From NCBI GenBank assembly GCA_029881495.1, contig JAOUMJ010000004.1:28476-92475 (forward strand): a stretch of DNA of 64,000 nt, written 5' to 3'. The notes beneath the pieces were generated by a model. The model was not told the DNA's origin. It saw only the letters and a list, made by a program, of their open reading frames with translations, and made no database searches. The stretch comes from Nitrospinota bacterium. GTDB lineage: Bacteria > Nitrospinota_A > UBA7883 > JACRGQ01. This document shows, one piece after another, positions 18,901 to 27,820 of this stretch (position 1 is the first letter of the stretch; every line of letters begins with the position of its first letter). Made by a program: the position numbers and the translations under genes.

Positions 18901-19038
18901 ATGGCTTGGGGTCTCCTCTTTGGAACTCTCCTCACGCTACTTGTAATACCGTGCGGATACGCAGTGATAGAAGATGTAATCCAGTTCTCTAATAGAGTGC
19001 GGGGTAAAAAAGGGGAAAAGCATCCGGTAAAAATATAA
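15940..19038 (+). CDS. RND efflux transporter permease (AcrB/CzcA-like)
   Basis: 1032 aa, 12-TM architecture with two large periplasmic loops; N-terminal FIKNPKVVALITLAIVIGGI typical of AcrB family. Confidence 0.9.
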   Translation: MITYFIKNPKVVALITLAIVIGGIISLLAMRREAFPNVDFAMATITTFYPGATPEDVEIQVTKKIEDELRGIEGIKQTRSISQEGYSEITIVVDIDNVSSREVLDEVQRTTDRVVDLPAELPDPPHFNEIKTKHFPVLEVSVLGDVDEEKLRKVADQLEDVFDMNSGVAAVNKIGYREREYRIYIDPVKMGRYHVSFNEVIRAIGASNVDTPGGIFESRPFKKSVRTVGSLKEAEMFLDVVVRTNLSGQVIRVRDIATVDDTYEDPRVVAKTNGKPSIILVAMKKEHTDILKLTKELKEAIAEFRKGLPEGVGVIVSNDESERTRTRLDIIISNSIIGFFLMLIALIVFLDLRNALVTSLAAPIVILVTLILMSFLGITFNMISMLAVIIALGMFVDNSIVISENIFRLKQTGLSMEEAAMKGTIAIAAPITATVLTTIAAFVPMMVTSGVMGQFIIAIPIVVTCSLLASLFDSFFLLPARIIALDREAVIKESRWFAWWRHLFESFVRFFIRYKWSSIALANLLLIGALIFAVKKIDFILFPPEGVDRFAVKYLAHPGTPIEDVNRGIEKVENALMSLPSDEVYAITTRTGVQQMGLGDPLSRVGDNVGMILVYLTPENERKRTAAEIISWLRENVDIYEPFEMIQFETLAMGPPVGKAVTVSVQGDDLEKLKELAGQIWKFLSDIDGVTDIDQDLKPGIRQLRVEINKGVREEIGLTVAEIAAALRTAQEGVIASKVRKYDDDIDVRVLFSKEARGSMTSLENLLISDVRGNLIPLHKVANIREVEGPEPRRHFDYRRSITITAGVDTDKVTSVEVNAALRKAFAFIPEKNPGYVLKFGGEEESTMESMSSLARAMVFAIIGIFSILVALFGSYALPFLIMFSIPLGFVGVIVGFAAHDKPFGFLAIIGMIGLSGVIVNSAIVLIAFIEDMRKNTKLSLEECLVQSAGTRLRPILLTTFTTVLALFPTAYGIGGFDPMLVPMTLAMAWGLLFGTLLTLLVIPCGYAVIEDVIQFSNRVRGKKGEKHPVKI

Positions 19039-19110
19039 TTTGAACTAGCGGCGCAATACACGCTTAATGGCGGTATGAGATCGACTTGACCATGTGAAGA
19101 GAGGATTCTG

Positions 19111-21408
19111 ATGGCGAAGCTCAATTTTGGTTCGAAACTAGCGCTTAAGGTAATAAAGTACCGTTTCCAGATCATCATACTCACCGTTCTTTCAGTAGCG
19201 GTCTCATCCGCCGGTCTTGCATATCTCACCTTCTCCAGCGACAGCAGGGCGTATTTCGGTCCCGATAATCCACAGCTAAAGGCTCTCGAAAAGCTGGAGA
19301 ATACATATTCTAGGGACGACTCCGTTCTCCTTGCGATTGCGCCGAAGGACGGTAACATCTTTTCCGCCAGGACACTTTCGATTATCGGCGAGATAACCGA
19401 TGAATTCTGGAAGCTCCCCTTCTCCAGCAGGGTGGAATCCCTCACCAACTACCAGCATACTTCGGCAGACGGCGACGAGCTTATAGTGGAGAACCTTGTA
19501 AAGGAGGCCGATGAACTGACGGGCGCTGACCTTGACCGCATAAGGGAGATCGCCGTAAACGAACCGTTCCTGAAGGATCGCCTTGTTTCTTCCAAAGGGA
19601 GCGTTGCCGGCGTCGTAGCTCTTTTCAGAATGCCGGAGAATAAGAACGAGGCGACAAAGGAGGTCGTTGGGAAAGTTCGTGCGTATGTGAAGGAGGTTAA
19701 AAAGAAATACCCCGACATGGAAATATACCTGGTCGGGAGCCTGATGGTGGATACCGCTTTCGCGGAAGCGGGGGAGGACGACATGAGGAGCCTCATCCCT
19801 ATCATGTTCGCGATAATGGTTTTCTTCATGTGGGTGATGCTAAGGTCGGTTACTGCAATGCTTGTCACCACGCTCGTAATTATTTTTTCGTCGGTCGTCT
19901 CCATGGGGATTGCGGGCTGGCTCGGAATCGTGCTTACCGCTCCGTCGGCGAATTCGCCTATAGTCATACTCACGCTTTCGATAGCGGATTCGATACATGT
20001 CCTCGTTACCATGCTGCAGGAGATACGAAAAGGGAGATCGCGCGAAGAGGCGATAGTGGAATCGATGCGCATAAACCTTTCTCCGGTGTTTCTGACCACC
20101 ATTACCACTTCGATAGGTTTTCTCAGCATGAACTTTTCGGATTCTCCCCCTTTCTGGGATCTCGGAAATATAGTATCGATCGGGGTGCTGGTAGCTTTTA
20201 TATATTCGGTTACGTTTCTCCCTGCGATGATGGCCATCCTCCCGATCAAGGTGGGAGAAGAGAAAACTTTCGGCCCGCCGATAATAGACCGGTTCGCCGA
20301 TTTTGTCGTATCCAAAAGTACGGCTCTTATGTGGGGTATGGCTCTTTTTATAATTTTTTCCGTATCGGGCATCTCCAGGATAGACGTGAACGATCTGTAC
20401 CTCGATTATTTCGGAAAGAAGTTCCAGTTCAGGAAGGATACCGATTTCATTGTGGCAAATCTCACCGGTGTAAGCATGGTCGAATACGACCTCTCGTCGG
20501 GTGAAGAGGGGGGGGTATCCTCTCCAGAATATCTTGACACTCTTGAGCGTTTCACTGTTTGGCTCCTTGCCCAGCCGGAAGTAAAACAGATAAGCGGATT
20601 CCATGACGTCATGAAGAGGCTGAACAAAAGCATGCATGGCGACGACCCCGCCTATTACAAGGTACCGGACAGGAGGGATCTTGCCGCGCAGTACCTCCTT
20701 CTGTACGAGATGTCGCTCCCGTTCGGGCTCGATATGAACAACATGATAAACGTCGACAAGTCCTCCACAAGGTTCAGGATATCGCTTATCGACATTTACA
20801 ACCGGGAGATACGGCAGTTCGAAAGGAGGGCGACCGCGTGGCTCGAAGAGAATGCTCCGCCGTCGATGCATGTTGACGGCACAGGGATGTCGATCATCTT
20901 CGCGCACATCACCGACAGGACTATCAACTCAATGTTCAGGGGTACCGCCTTCGCCCTCTTTCTTATATCTGGGCTACTCATACTCGCGTTCATGAATCTC
21001 CGCATAGGGTTGATAAGCCTCCTGCCGAACATAGTTCCGGCGTTGATGACATTCGGTCTATGGGGTTATACGGTGAGCCAGGTCGGTCTCGCCGCTTCGG
21101 TCATCGCGGCGCTCAGCCTCGGGATAGTGGTGGACGACACGATACACTTTCTCTCGAAATATCTTAGGGCAAGAAAGGAGCTCGGCCTAAGTCCAGAAAT
21201 GGCGGTGAGGTACTCCTTCCATACGGTCGGCAGGGCGCTTGTAATAACTTCAGTCATACTCGTTGCCGGATTCGGGATATTGACCCTCTCAAATTTCAAG
21301 GTGAATTCAAACATAGGCACCCTCACCGCGATAGCGATAGCGATAGCGCTCATAGTCGATTTTCTTTTCCTTCCCGCCCTTCTGCTTAAACTTGAAAAGA
21401 GAAGATGA
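19111..21408 (+). CDS. MMPL/SSD-type RND superfamily exporter (HpnN-like)
   Basis: 765 aa; two repeats each of a periplasmic domain followed by a 5-6 TM bundle, typical of MMPL exporters. Confidence 0.75.
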   Translation: MAKLNFGSKLALKVIKYRFQIIILTVLSVAVSSAGLAYLTFSSDSRAYFGPDNPQLKALEKLENTYSRDDSVLLAIAPKDGNIFSARTLSIIGEITDEFWKLPFSSRVESLTNYQHTSADGDELIVENLVKEADELTGADLDRIREIAVNEPFLKDRLVSSKGSVAGVVALFRMPENKNEATKEVVGKVRAYVKEVKKKYPDMEIYLVGSLMVDTAFAEAGEDDMRSLIPIMFAIMVFFMWVMLRSVTAMLVTTLVIIFSSVVSMGIAGWLGIVLTAPSANSPIVILTLSIADSIHVLVTMLQEIRKGRSREEAIVESMRINLSPVFLTTITTSIGFLSMNFSDSPPFWDLGNIVSIGVLVAFIYSVTFLPAMMAILPIKVGEEKTFGPPIIDRFADFVVSKSTALMWGMALFIIFSVSGISRIDVNDLYLDYFGKKFQFRKDTDFIVANLTGVSMVEYDLSSGEEGGVSSPEYLDTLERFTVWLLAQPEVKQISGFHDVMKRLNKSMHGDDPAYYKVPDRRDLAAQYLLLYEMSLPFGLDMNNMINVDKSSTRFRISLIDIYNREIRQFERRATAWLEENAPPSMHVDGTGMSIIFAHITDRTINSMFRGTAFALFLISGLLILAFMNLRIGLISLLPNIVPALMTFGLWGYTVSQVGLAASVIAALSLGIVVDDTIHFLSKYLRARKELGLSPEMAVRYSFHTVGRALVITSVILVAGFGILTLSNFKVNSNIGTLTAIAIAIALIVDFLFLPALLLKLEKRR

Positions 21409-21455
21409 CCGGATGCCGGTTTTTAAAAAGTGTAGAATGGGTGAGCAGCGAAGAG

Positions 21456-22289
21456 ATGGCGCGCCCTTCATATTTTAATAGGAGAATTGCCGTGAGATTA
21501 TTTGCGATTCCGTTTTTTATTTTCCTGACACTCGTCGCGCCTGCGACAGCAGAGACGCCGGAGGAGAAAGGGCTCGCCATAGCGCTGGAAGCGGAGAAGC
21601 GCGACAGGGGATGGGGGGATTCCACATCCGAGCTTGAGATGATCCTTATGAACCGGCATGGGGAGACCAGTATTCGCCAGATGAGGGGGGAGTCGCTTGA
21701 AGTGGAGGGTGACGGCGACAAATCGCTGATGGTTTTCGATAATCCCCGCGACGTGAAAGGCTCCGCCATGCTTACATGGTCGCACAAGAATGGGGACGAC
21801 GACCAGTGGCTCTACCTTCCGGCCCTTAAACGTGTGAAGAGGATATCGTCTTCCAGTAAATCGGGCTCCTTCATGGGTTCGGAGTTCTCATATGAAGACC
21901 TCTCCAGCAGGGAGGTGGAGAAGTACAGCTACCGCTTCCTTCGGGAAGAACCGTGCCCGTGCGAAGAGCTGAAATCGCTTACCTGTTTTGTCTCTGAAAG
22001 TTTTCCGGTGGATAAAAGCTCCGGATACACAAGAATTGTCAGCTGGCTCGATACGAACGACTACCGGTCGTGCAAGGTTGAGTTCTACGACAGGAAGAGC
22101 TCCCATTTGAAAACTCTTCTGTCCAGCAATTATAAAAGATTTCTCGACAAATTCTGGAGGCCGATGAGGCTCGACGTCACGAATCACCAGTCGGGGAAGA
22201 GTACAACGCTGGAGTTCAAGGAATACAAATTTAAAACGGGATTAAAAGATTCGGATTTCAATCAGAACGCTCTCATGAGATTCAAGTAG
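21456..22289 (+). CDS. periplasmic LolA-like / outer-membrane lipoprotein-sorting-like protein (putative)
   Basis: Signal peptide (VRLFAIPFFIFLTLVAPATA); soluble ~250 aa beta-rich protein; start overlaps MMPL stop. Family assignment tentative. Confidence 0.4.
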   Translation: MARPSYFNRRIAVRLFAIPFFIFLTLVAPATAETPEEKGLAIALEAEKRDRGWGDSTSELEMILMNRHGETSIRQMRGESLEVEGDGDKSLMVFDNPRDVKGSAMLTWSHKNGDDDQWLYLPALKRVKRISSSSKSGSFMGSEFSYEDLSSREVEKYSYRFLREEPCPCEELKSLTCFVSESFPVDKSSGYTRIVSWLDTNDYRSCKVEFYDRKSSHLKTLLSSNYKRFLDKFWRPMRLDVTNHQSGKSTTLEFKEYKFKTGLKDSDFNQNALMRFK

Positions 22290-22305
22290 GGGTGTGGGAG
22301 CGGGT

Positions 22306-23556
22306 ATGAAAGGCGTTGTCGGTCCGGCTGTTCGGTTGATGTGGGGCGTTCTATTTTTCATTGCTCTTCTCCACGTAGAATCGCATGCCGCGGAGATCTC
22401 CGGTTATATCGAAGGGGAGGCCAGGATATTTCCATCTTCTCCTCTTTACGACGGGCAGGAGAACCACTCCGGCTCAGTTGCGGTACTGTCGGAGTTTTAC
22501 CAGGAGCTCGGCCCAACCTCCGCAATGACTATCACGCCATTTGCCAGGTTGGATTCGGGTGATCCGAACAGGACCCATTTCGACCTGAGGGAGTTCTTCT
22601 TCCTTCTTCATGGGGAGTGGTGGGAGGTTCGCGCCGGTATCGACAAGGTCTTCTGGGGTGTGACGGAATCCGTGCACCTTGTCGACATAGTGAACCAGAC
22701 AGACATGCTTGAATCGTTTGACGGTGAGGAGAAGTTCGGTCAGCCGATGCTGAAACTCTCAATTGCGGGAGACGTCAAAGGGATCGATCTTTTCATTCTC
22801 CCCCTCTTCAGGGAGAGAAATTTTGCAGGCGAGGGGGGGCGTTTGCGCAGTGAAATACTTGTGGAAGGGGACGAGGCCGCTTATGAAAGCGTAAACAGGG
22901 AAAAGAGTGTCGATTTTGCGGTGCGTTACAGCTATACGTCGGGGGGATTCGATCTTGGCATTTCGTATTTCAAGGGGACCGGCAGGGAGCCGTCGCTTCG
23001 CCTTAAACGGAACGACATGGGATTTCCAGAGATAGACGCGAAAGGGAACATTCATCTCTTCCCGTATTATGAGCAGATCACGCAAGCGGGGGTCGATATG
23101 CTGCTGGTGCTCGATGCGTGGCTGCTGAAACTGGAGTCGATATACAGAACGGGGCAATCCGACAGGGACTGGATGAAAAACGATTTCGCATCTTCGGCGC
23201 TCGGCATTGAATACACGGTATACGGGGTCGCCGGTAGCGGCGCCGATGTAGGCATTCTCGGGGAGTGGGTTTACGACGACAGGGGTGATTCCGCCGTCTC
23301 CGCGCTCAACAACGACCTGATGGCGGGGCTGAGGTTTTCACTAAATGACGTTTCAGGCTCCACCGCGCTCCTTGGATATATCCATGATTATAAAAATAGC
23401 TCTTCTTTCCTCACGCTGGAGGGGAGCAGAAGGCTAAATGACCATCTGAAGCTGGAGCTGCAGGGATTTTACTTCCTCTTCTCCCCGGAGGATGATCCGT
23501 CATGGGTGATAAGGAGAGACTCATTCATGGAGGCTCGGCTCGTCTGGTATTTTTAG
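22306..23556 (+). CDS. putative outer membrane beta-barrel protein
   Basis: Signal peptide (LFFIALLHVESHAA), alternating beta-strand pattern, terminal aromatic (ends ...RLVWYF). Confidence 0.45.
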   Translation: MKGVVGPAVRLMWGVLFFIALLHVESHAAEISGYIEGEARIFPSSPLYDGQENHSGSVAVLSEFYQELGPTSAMTITPFARLDSGDPNRTHFDLREFFFLLHGEWWEVRAGIDKVFWGVTESVHLVDIVNQTDMLESFDGEEKFGQPMLKLSIAGDVKGIDLFILPLFRERNFAGEGGRLRSEILVEGDEAAYESVNREKSVDFAVRYSYTSGGFDLGISYFKGTGREPSLRLKRNDMGFPEIDAKGNIHLFPYYEQITQAGVDMLLVLDAWLLKLESIYRTGQSDRDWMKNDFASSALGIEYTVYGVAGSGADVGILGEWVYDDRGDSAVSALNNDLMAGLRFSLNDVSGSTALLGYIHDYKNSSSFLTLEGSRRLNDHLKLELQGFYFLFSPEDDPSWVIRRDSFMEARLVWYF

Positions 23557-23962
23557 CTGCTGATAAAAATCGGCAGTAGCAAACAGCTCGGGAAAACTTT
23601 GAATCGATATAAAAGTACGCCGCTGTAACCCGGTTACCCGCTTTTTTCTTCTAAATGATTTATTTTTTTATCTATTTTTGTTTGTCCATCAACACTTTAT
23701 TAAATACAAAATGCAATAAGTAACGAAAAATAAGTATGTTTTATATTAAATATCATTCTCATTATTCGGTATATCAAGGAGGCCTGTATCTATAAATATA
23801 CATATATGAGCAAAGATGGTATATATTGCACATTTGTGCATGTCGGGATTATTGACGAGTTTTTACCAGTTATATCAACGGTTTCACTTTCCTTTAGTTG
23901 ATTTTAATCTCATTTCAAGTTAAATTAGATGGAATTATATTGAATTAGGGTGGTAATCGGCT
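23557..23962 (+). promoter_or_regulatory. AT-rich intergenic island upstream of the sigma-54 activator gene, containing palindrome TGCACATTTGTGCA
   Basis: Visibly AT-rich relative to flanking coding sequence; perfect 6-bp inverted repeat TGCACA-TT-TGTGCA near 23829-23842; multiple A/T tracts. Confidence 0.4.
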
Positions 23963-25240
23963 ATGGATAGCGTCAAAGAAATGAACGATGATTCATCAGG
24001 GAGTGATGAGATCTTCCCTGAACCGAAGATAGCTCTTTCCGGTGCACAGGTTTCCGGCGACGATTATGCGACATCCTCTACCGAGGATACGGAGGAGCCT
24101 TTGAATTCCGACTCCGATTCTTTTTCCGACTCCGCGCCCCTGCCCGGCGCTGTTCCGACTGCCGAGACGCAATCAACCCCTGTTTCTGAAGCAGCTGTTC
24201 CGGCAAATCCGTTCTCACGGATAATCGGCAACAGCCAGCAGCTGAACAAGGTTTTTGATTCTGTAAGGAAGATTGCCGACACCGATTCCACTGTGCTGAT
24301 ACTCGGCGAATCGGGAACCGGCAAGGAGCTTTTCGCCAGGGCGATACATGATCATTCGCCGAGAGCAAAAAACAATTTTGTTGTAGTGAACTGCGGCGCG
24401 ATACCGGAGGATCTCCTTGAAAGCGAGCTCTTCGGCCACGAGAAGGGATCGTTTACCGGCGCCATAAGGACGAGGCTCGGGAAATTCGAGCTTGCCAACC
24501 ACGGCACGATCTTCCTCGACGAGATAGGGGACATGAGCCCTTCCCTCCAGGTGAAGCTGTTAAGGATACTGCAACAGCAGGAGTTCGAGCGCGTCGGCGG
24601 AAACCAGGTTATCCGCACGTCGGTAAGGGTTCTTGCCGCCACGAACCGCGACCTCCAGAAGGCGATAGCCGAAAAGAAGTTCCGCGAGGACCTCTTTTAC
24701 CGCCTCAACGTAATCCCGCTCAACCTCCCTCCCCTGCGGGAGAGGAAGGACGATATCCCGAAACTTATTGAGCATTTCATGGGGCGCTTCAACAGGAGCA
24801 AGAACCGAAGCGTCAGCTCCGTCACCTCCGAAGCGATGAGCGCGCTGATAAAGTACGACTGGCCCGGCAATATAAGGGAGCTTGAGAATATCTGCGAGCG
24901 GATGGTTGTCATGACCGGCGAAGGGGAGATAGGGATGGATGATCTGCCGTTCCATATCGTCCCGGACAACGTGGAGAGCGAACAGCTCCTTCACGACATG
25001 CTCCTTGTAGGTAGCGAGGAGGTTGATCTCTTTGTTCCTCAGGACATCCCGCCCGGCCTGGTGGTAAAACTTCCGGATGAGGGGATAAGCCTCAAGGATG
25101 TTGTCGAGGAGTATGAAACGATGCTGATAATGCAGGCGCTCGAAAGGTCTAACTGGGTAAAGAACAAGGCGGCCACGCTCCTTGGACTAAACCGCACTAC
25201 CCTCGTCGAAAAACTGAAGAAAAAGGGTATCAACCGCTAG
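23963..25240 (+). CDS. sigma-54-dependent transcriptional activator (bEBP) with acidic low-complexity N-terminus
   Basis: AAA+ sigma-54 interaction domain ([35 protein letters not shown]), C-terminal Fis-type HTH ([21 protein letters not shown]); first ~95 aa are S/D/E-rich with no REC/GAF/PAS. Confidence 0.9.
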   Translation: MDSVKEMNDDSSGSDEIFPEPKIALSGAQVSGDDYATSSTEDTEEPLNSDSDSFSDSAPLPGAVPTAETQSTPVSEAAVPANPFSRIIGNSQQLNKVFDSVRKIADTDSTVLILGESGTGKELFARAIHDHSPRAKNNFVVVNCGAIPEDLLESELFGHEKGSFTGAIRTRLGKFELANHGTIFLDEIGDMSPSLQVKLLRILQQQEFERVGGNQVIRTSVRVLAATNRDLQKAIAEKKFREDLFYRLNVIPLNLPPLRERKDDIPKLIEHFMGRFNRSKNRSVSSVTSEAMSALIKYDWPGNIRELENICERMVVMTGEGEIGMDDLPFHIVPDNVESEQLLHDMLLVGSEEVDLFVPQDIPPGLVVKLPDEGISLKDVVEEYETMLIMQALERSNWVKNKAATLLGLNRTTLVEKLKKKGINR

Positions 25241-25850
25241 ACGCTATCTCCGCCACCCACTCCCGCTCAAGTAAAAGCTTCTCTCCGTCGAAAATTTTTC
25301 CTGTAATGCGGTCACCGGCTTTGTAGGAGCCGACCCCTTTCGGTGTTCCGGTCATTATTATGTCGCCATCCTCTAGCGTGAAATGCCTTTTAGCTTCCGC
25401 GAGTATTTGAGAGGGATTGTGTATCATCAGTTCCTCCCCCCCCTCCTGTGCCGCGCTTCCGTTTATCGAAAGGGTGAGGCGGAGGTTGCCTAACCTCTCA
25501 AGCGTTATGAAATCGCTGAATACGGCAGAGCGGTCGAAAGCTTTCGCCTTCTCCCACGGCAATCCCTTCGCCTTGAGCCTTTTTTGCACCTCCACAAGGG
25601 TAAGGTCGAGGCCGAATCCGACGCCGGCATACTCCCCGTTCTCCACGATGAACGATATCTCCCCCTCGTATCGGCAGACCTCCTCCGGTACGGAGAGCGT
25701 GGATGATATGGAGCTGTTCGGCTTCATAAAGAGCACAAGCTCCCCCGGCTCCCAGTTGCCGAGTTCCTCTATATGTTCGGCGTAATTCATTCCGACACAG
25801 ATCACCTTTGTCGGAAAGTATTTTCTCTTATCAAACAGAACGGAATTCAA
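25230..25850 (-). CDS. fumarylacetoacetate hydrolase (FAH) family protein
   Basis: 206 aa; [13 protein letters not shown]-terminus and MTGTPKGVG motif typical of FAH family. Confidence 0.8.
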   Translation of the reverse strand: MNSVLFDKRKYFPTKVICVGMNYAEHIEELGNWEPGELVLFMKPNSSISSTLSVPEEVCRYEGEISFIVENGEYAGVGFGLDLTLVEVQKRLKAKGLPWEKAKAFDRSAVFSDFITLERLGNLRLTLSINGSAAQEGGEELMIHNPSQILAEAKRHFTLEDGDIIMTGTPKGVGSYKAGDRITGKIFDGEKLLLEREWVAEIASSG

Positions 25851-25889
25851 TTCTCTCCCCCTTTACGCGAAGCGGACGATTTGGGAAAA

Positions 25890-26435
25890 CTATGACAGGG
25901 TATCAACCTTTTGCCCCACATTCATTTTATAAACGAAGGCCTCCCTGTTTCCGTAAATGTATACAGGCTTGAATCCTTTTAGCAGAAACCGGTAGGTGAT
26001 TATCACGGCGGTAGGCTTCAGTTCGCGTCTGAATTTTTCATGGAGCTGGTCGGTCGCCTGGTGCGAGAGGTAGCAGTAGACGAAATCGGCGTCGCTCAGC
26101 TCCGTACTGCTTGCCGAGGCGAGCCGGATCTTTATTTTGTCCGACAAGCCGGCTCTCCAGACGAGAAGCCGCGCGATAAGAACTTTCAGCGGGTCTATCT
26201 CTATGCCGACCCCTTTTGCGCCGAATGTTTTTGCCAGATATAAAAGCACCCTTGCGTCGCCGCAACCGAGGTCGTAAACGAGCGAGTTCTCGTTTATCCC
26301 CGCTACCTTGAATATCTGTTCGATATCCTTTTGCGGGGTGGGGAGCCATACGGCGCCGAAGATTCCGGGGAGTCCGATAGAAAGGGCGATTATGAGAACA
26401 AAGCCGAGAGGGAGATAGTAAAGGAGTGATTCCAA
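25890..26435 (-). CDS. class I SAM-dependent methyltransferase with N-terminal TM helix
   Basis: Motif I VYDLGCGDARVL; N-terminal hydrophobic helix. Confidence 0.7.
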   Translation of the reverse strand: MESLLYYLPLGFVLIIALSIGLPGIFGAVWLPTPQKDIEQIFKVAGINENSLVYDLGCGDARVLLYLAKTFGAKGVGIEIDPLKVLIARLLVWRAGLSDKIKIRLASASSTELSDADFVYCYLSHQATDQLHEKFRRELKPTAVIITYRFLLKGFKPVYIYGNREAFVYKMNVGQKVDTLS

Positions 26436-26478
26436 CTATTCGTATATCCCAATCAATGGAAAAGGGAAGGGGGCTGGA

Positions 26479-26733
26479 TCAATCGTGACCGGCATCGTCC
26501 CTGTCGGTCAGCGACCTGTACGCGGCCCGTAGCGGAAAATAGGCGATGCTGATGAATACCGCCAGCAGTATCAGAGCATGCGGCGAGGTCAGAACCTCAT
26601 AGATCGGATTGTTAACAAGAATCGCGACTGAATACCCAATCCCGATAATTCCGGCGAGAACGGGGAAGATTACCGCTTCCGTTTTTGCCCAAATACTCTC
26701 TTTATTATTTTCCAATGTAATCTGTTCGCTCAT
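26479..26733 (-). CDS. small membrane protein, hypothetical
   Basis: 84 aa, two predicted TM helices; no family recognised. Confidence 0.35.
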   Translation of the reverse strand: MSEQITLENNKESIWAKTEAVIFPVLAGIIGIGYSVAILVNNPIYEVLTSPHALILLAVFISIAYFPLRAAYRSLTDRDDAGHD

Positions 26734-26813
26734 TTAATCGTTCTCATTTTTTATATCAGTAAAGATAATATGTTGAATGGGGTATCACCGCAAGTCATTT
26801 CGGAACAGCGAGT

Positions 26814-27095
26814 TCATAACCTCACGCTGAATGTTTCAAATCCGTTTCCAGGTTCTTCCCATCTGGCATCAACCGATGTGACCCTTGCCGATGGGGGACC
26901 CTTTTTGCACCAGGCGACAAGTTTTTCGAGCTTTGACTTTTCCCCTTCGGCTACAATCTCGACCGTACCGTCCGGCAGATTTTTTGCCCATCCGGTAAGG
27001 CCGAGGGAGAGCCCGGTCTCGGCCGTAGTTGAGCGGAAGAAAACCCCCTGCACAATTCCGTGCACTATCAGGTGTACCCTCGCTTTTTCACCCAT
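26814..27095 (-). CDS. acyP: acylphosphatase
   Basis: 93 aa; HGIVQGVFFRSTT and GWAKNLPDGTVEI motifs typical of acylphosphatase. Confidence 0.8.
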   Translation of the reverse strand: MGEKARVHLIVHGIVQGVFFRSTTAETGLSLGLTGWAKNLPDGTVEIVAEGEKSKLEKLVAWCKKGPPSARVTSVDARWEEPGNGFETFSVRL

Positions 27096-27810
27096 TTTTG
27101 AGCGCCTCTTTTATCTCCTTAATTATCATCTCCGCCGCCTTTAAAGGTTCCTCCGCGGCAAGGATAGGGCGGCCTACGACGATATAATCCGCTCCGTCCA
27201 TTATCGCATTAAAAGGGGTGGAAATCCGTTTCTGGTCGTCCGTTTTGGCCCATTCCGGTCTCACTCCGGGGGTGACGATAAGAAAATCCTTTCCGAATTT
27301 TTCGCGAAGCCTCCTTGTTTCGAGCGGCGAGGCGACTACTCCGTCGAGACCTGAGCCAATCGCTGTACCGCAAAGCTCCTCAACCCGGTCTGGGAGAGGT
27401 GTTCTTATTCCGGCGATGTTCATCTCCGCCTCGTCCATCGAAGTGAGGATGGTAACGGCGATGAGGAGGGGAGGTTTTTTTATCTGTTGTACGGTTTGCG
27501 CGGTTTTTTTAAGAGCCGCCGGCCCGGCGAGAGCATGCACGTTTATCAGGAAGGCGCCGCTTTCGCACGCGGATTTGACGGCACCCGCCATCGTATTCGG
27601 GATATCGAAAAATTTCAGGTCGAGGAATACCTTGCCGCCGAGAGTGTTTATTTTTTTTACGATCGAAGGGCCTGCCGTGCAGAAGAGCTCAAGGCCGACC
27701 TTGAAAGTGCTGACGGCAGGGCGAAGTCTCTTCACCCATTTCAACGCTTCCGCTCCCGTGCCGACGTCAAGCGCGACTATCAATCTTTCAGCAGGAGTTA
27801 TCTTTTTCAA
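27088..27810 (-). CDS. pyrF: orotidine 5'-phosphate decarboxylase
   Basis: LIVALDV, FLDLKFFDIPNT and IVVGRPI motifs characteristic of PyrF. Confidence 0.9.
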   Translation of the reverse strand: MKKITPAERLIVALDVGTGAEALKWVKRLRPAVSTFKVGLELFCTAGPSIVKKINTLGGKVFLDLKFFDIPNTMAGAVKSACESGAFLINVHALAGPAALKKTAQTVQQIKKPPLLIAVTILTSMDEAEMNIAGIRTPLPDRVEELCGTAIGSGLDGVVASPLETRRLREKFGKDFLIVTPGVRPEWAKTDDQKRISTPFNAIMDGADYIVVGRPILAAEEPLKAAEMIIKEIKEALKNG

Positions 27811-27820
27811 ACCGCTCTCC

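Noticed and set aside
18444-20907. Several long minus-strand ORFs (334, 307 and 355 aa) across the RND and MMPL genes
   Set aside because: All are antisense to strong plus-strand genes and have R/S/P-rich composition with no domain signatures; treated as shadow ORFs.
21329-21348. Short tandem repeat (GATAGC) x3 near the end of the MMPL gene
   Set aside because: Lies within the coding frame and simply encodes an Ala-Ile repeat of a TM helix; too short to be a functional repeat array.
23617-23650. Terminator after the outer-membrane barrel gene
   Set aside because: There is a T6 run at 23641-23646, but the best stem upstream is only 5 bp (GTAAC/GTTAC); not strong enough to annotate as a feature.
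23818-23832. Possible sigma-54 promoter (GG ... GC) in the AT-rich island
   Set aside because: GG-to-GC spacing is about 10 nt rather than the 12 required by the -24/-12 consensus, and flanking bases do not match TGGCAC/TTGC.
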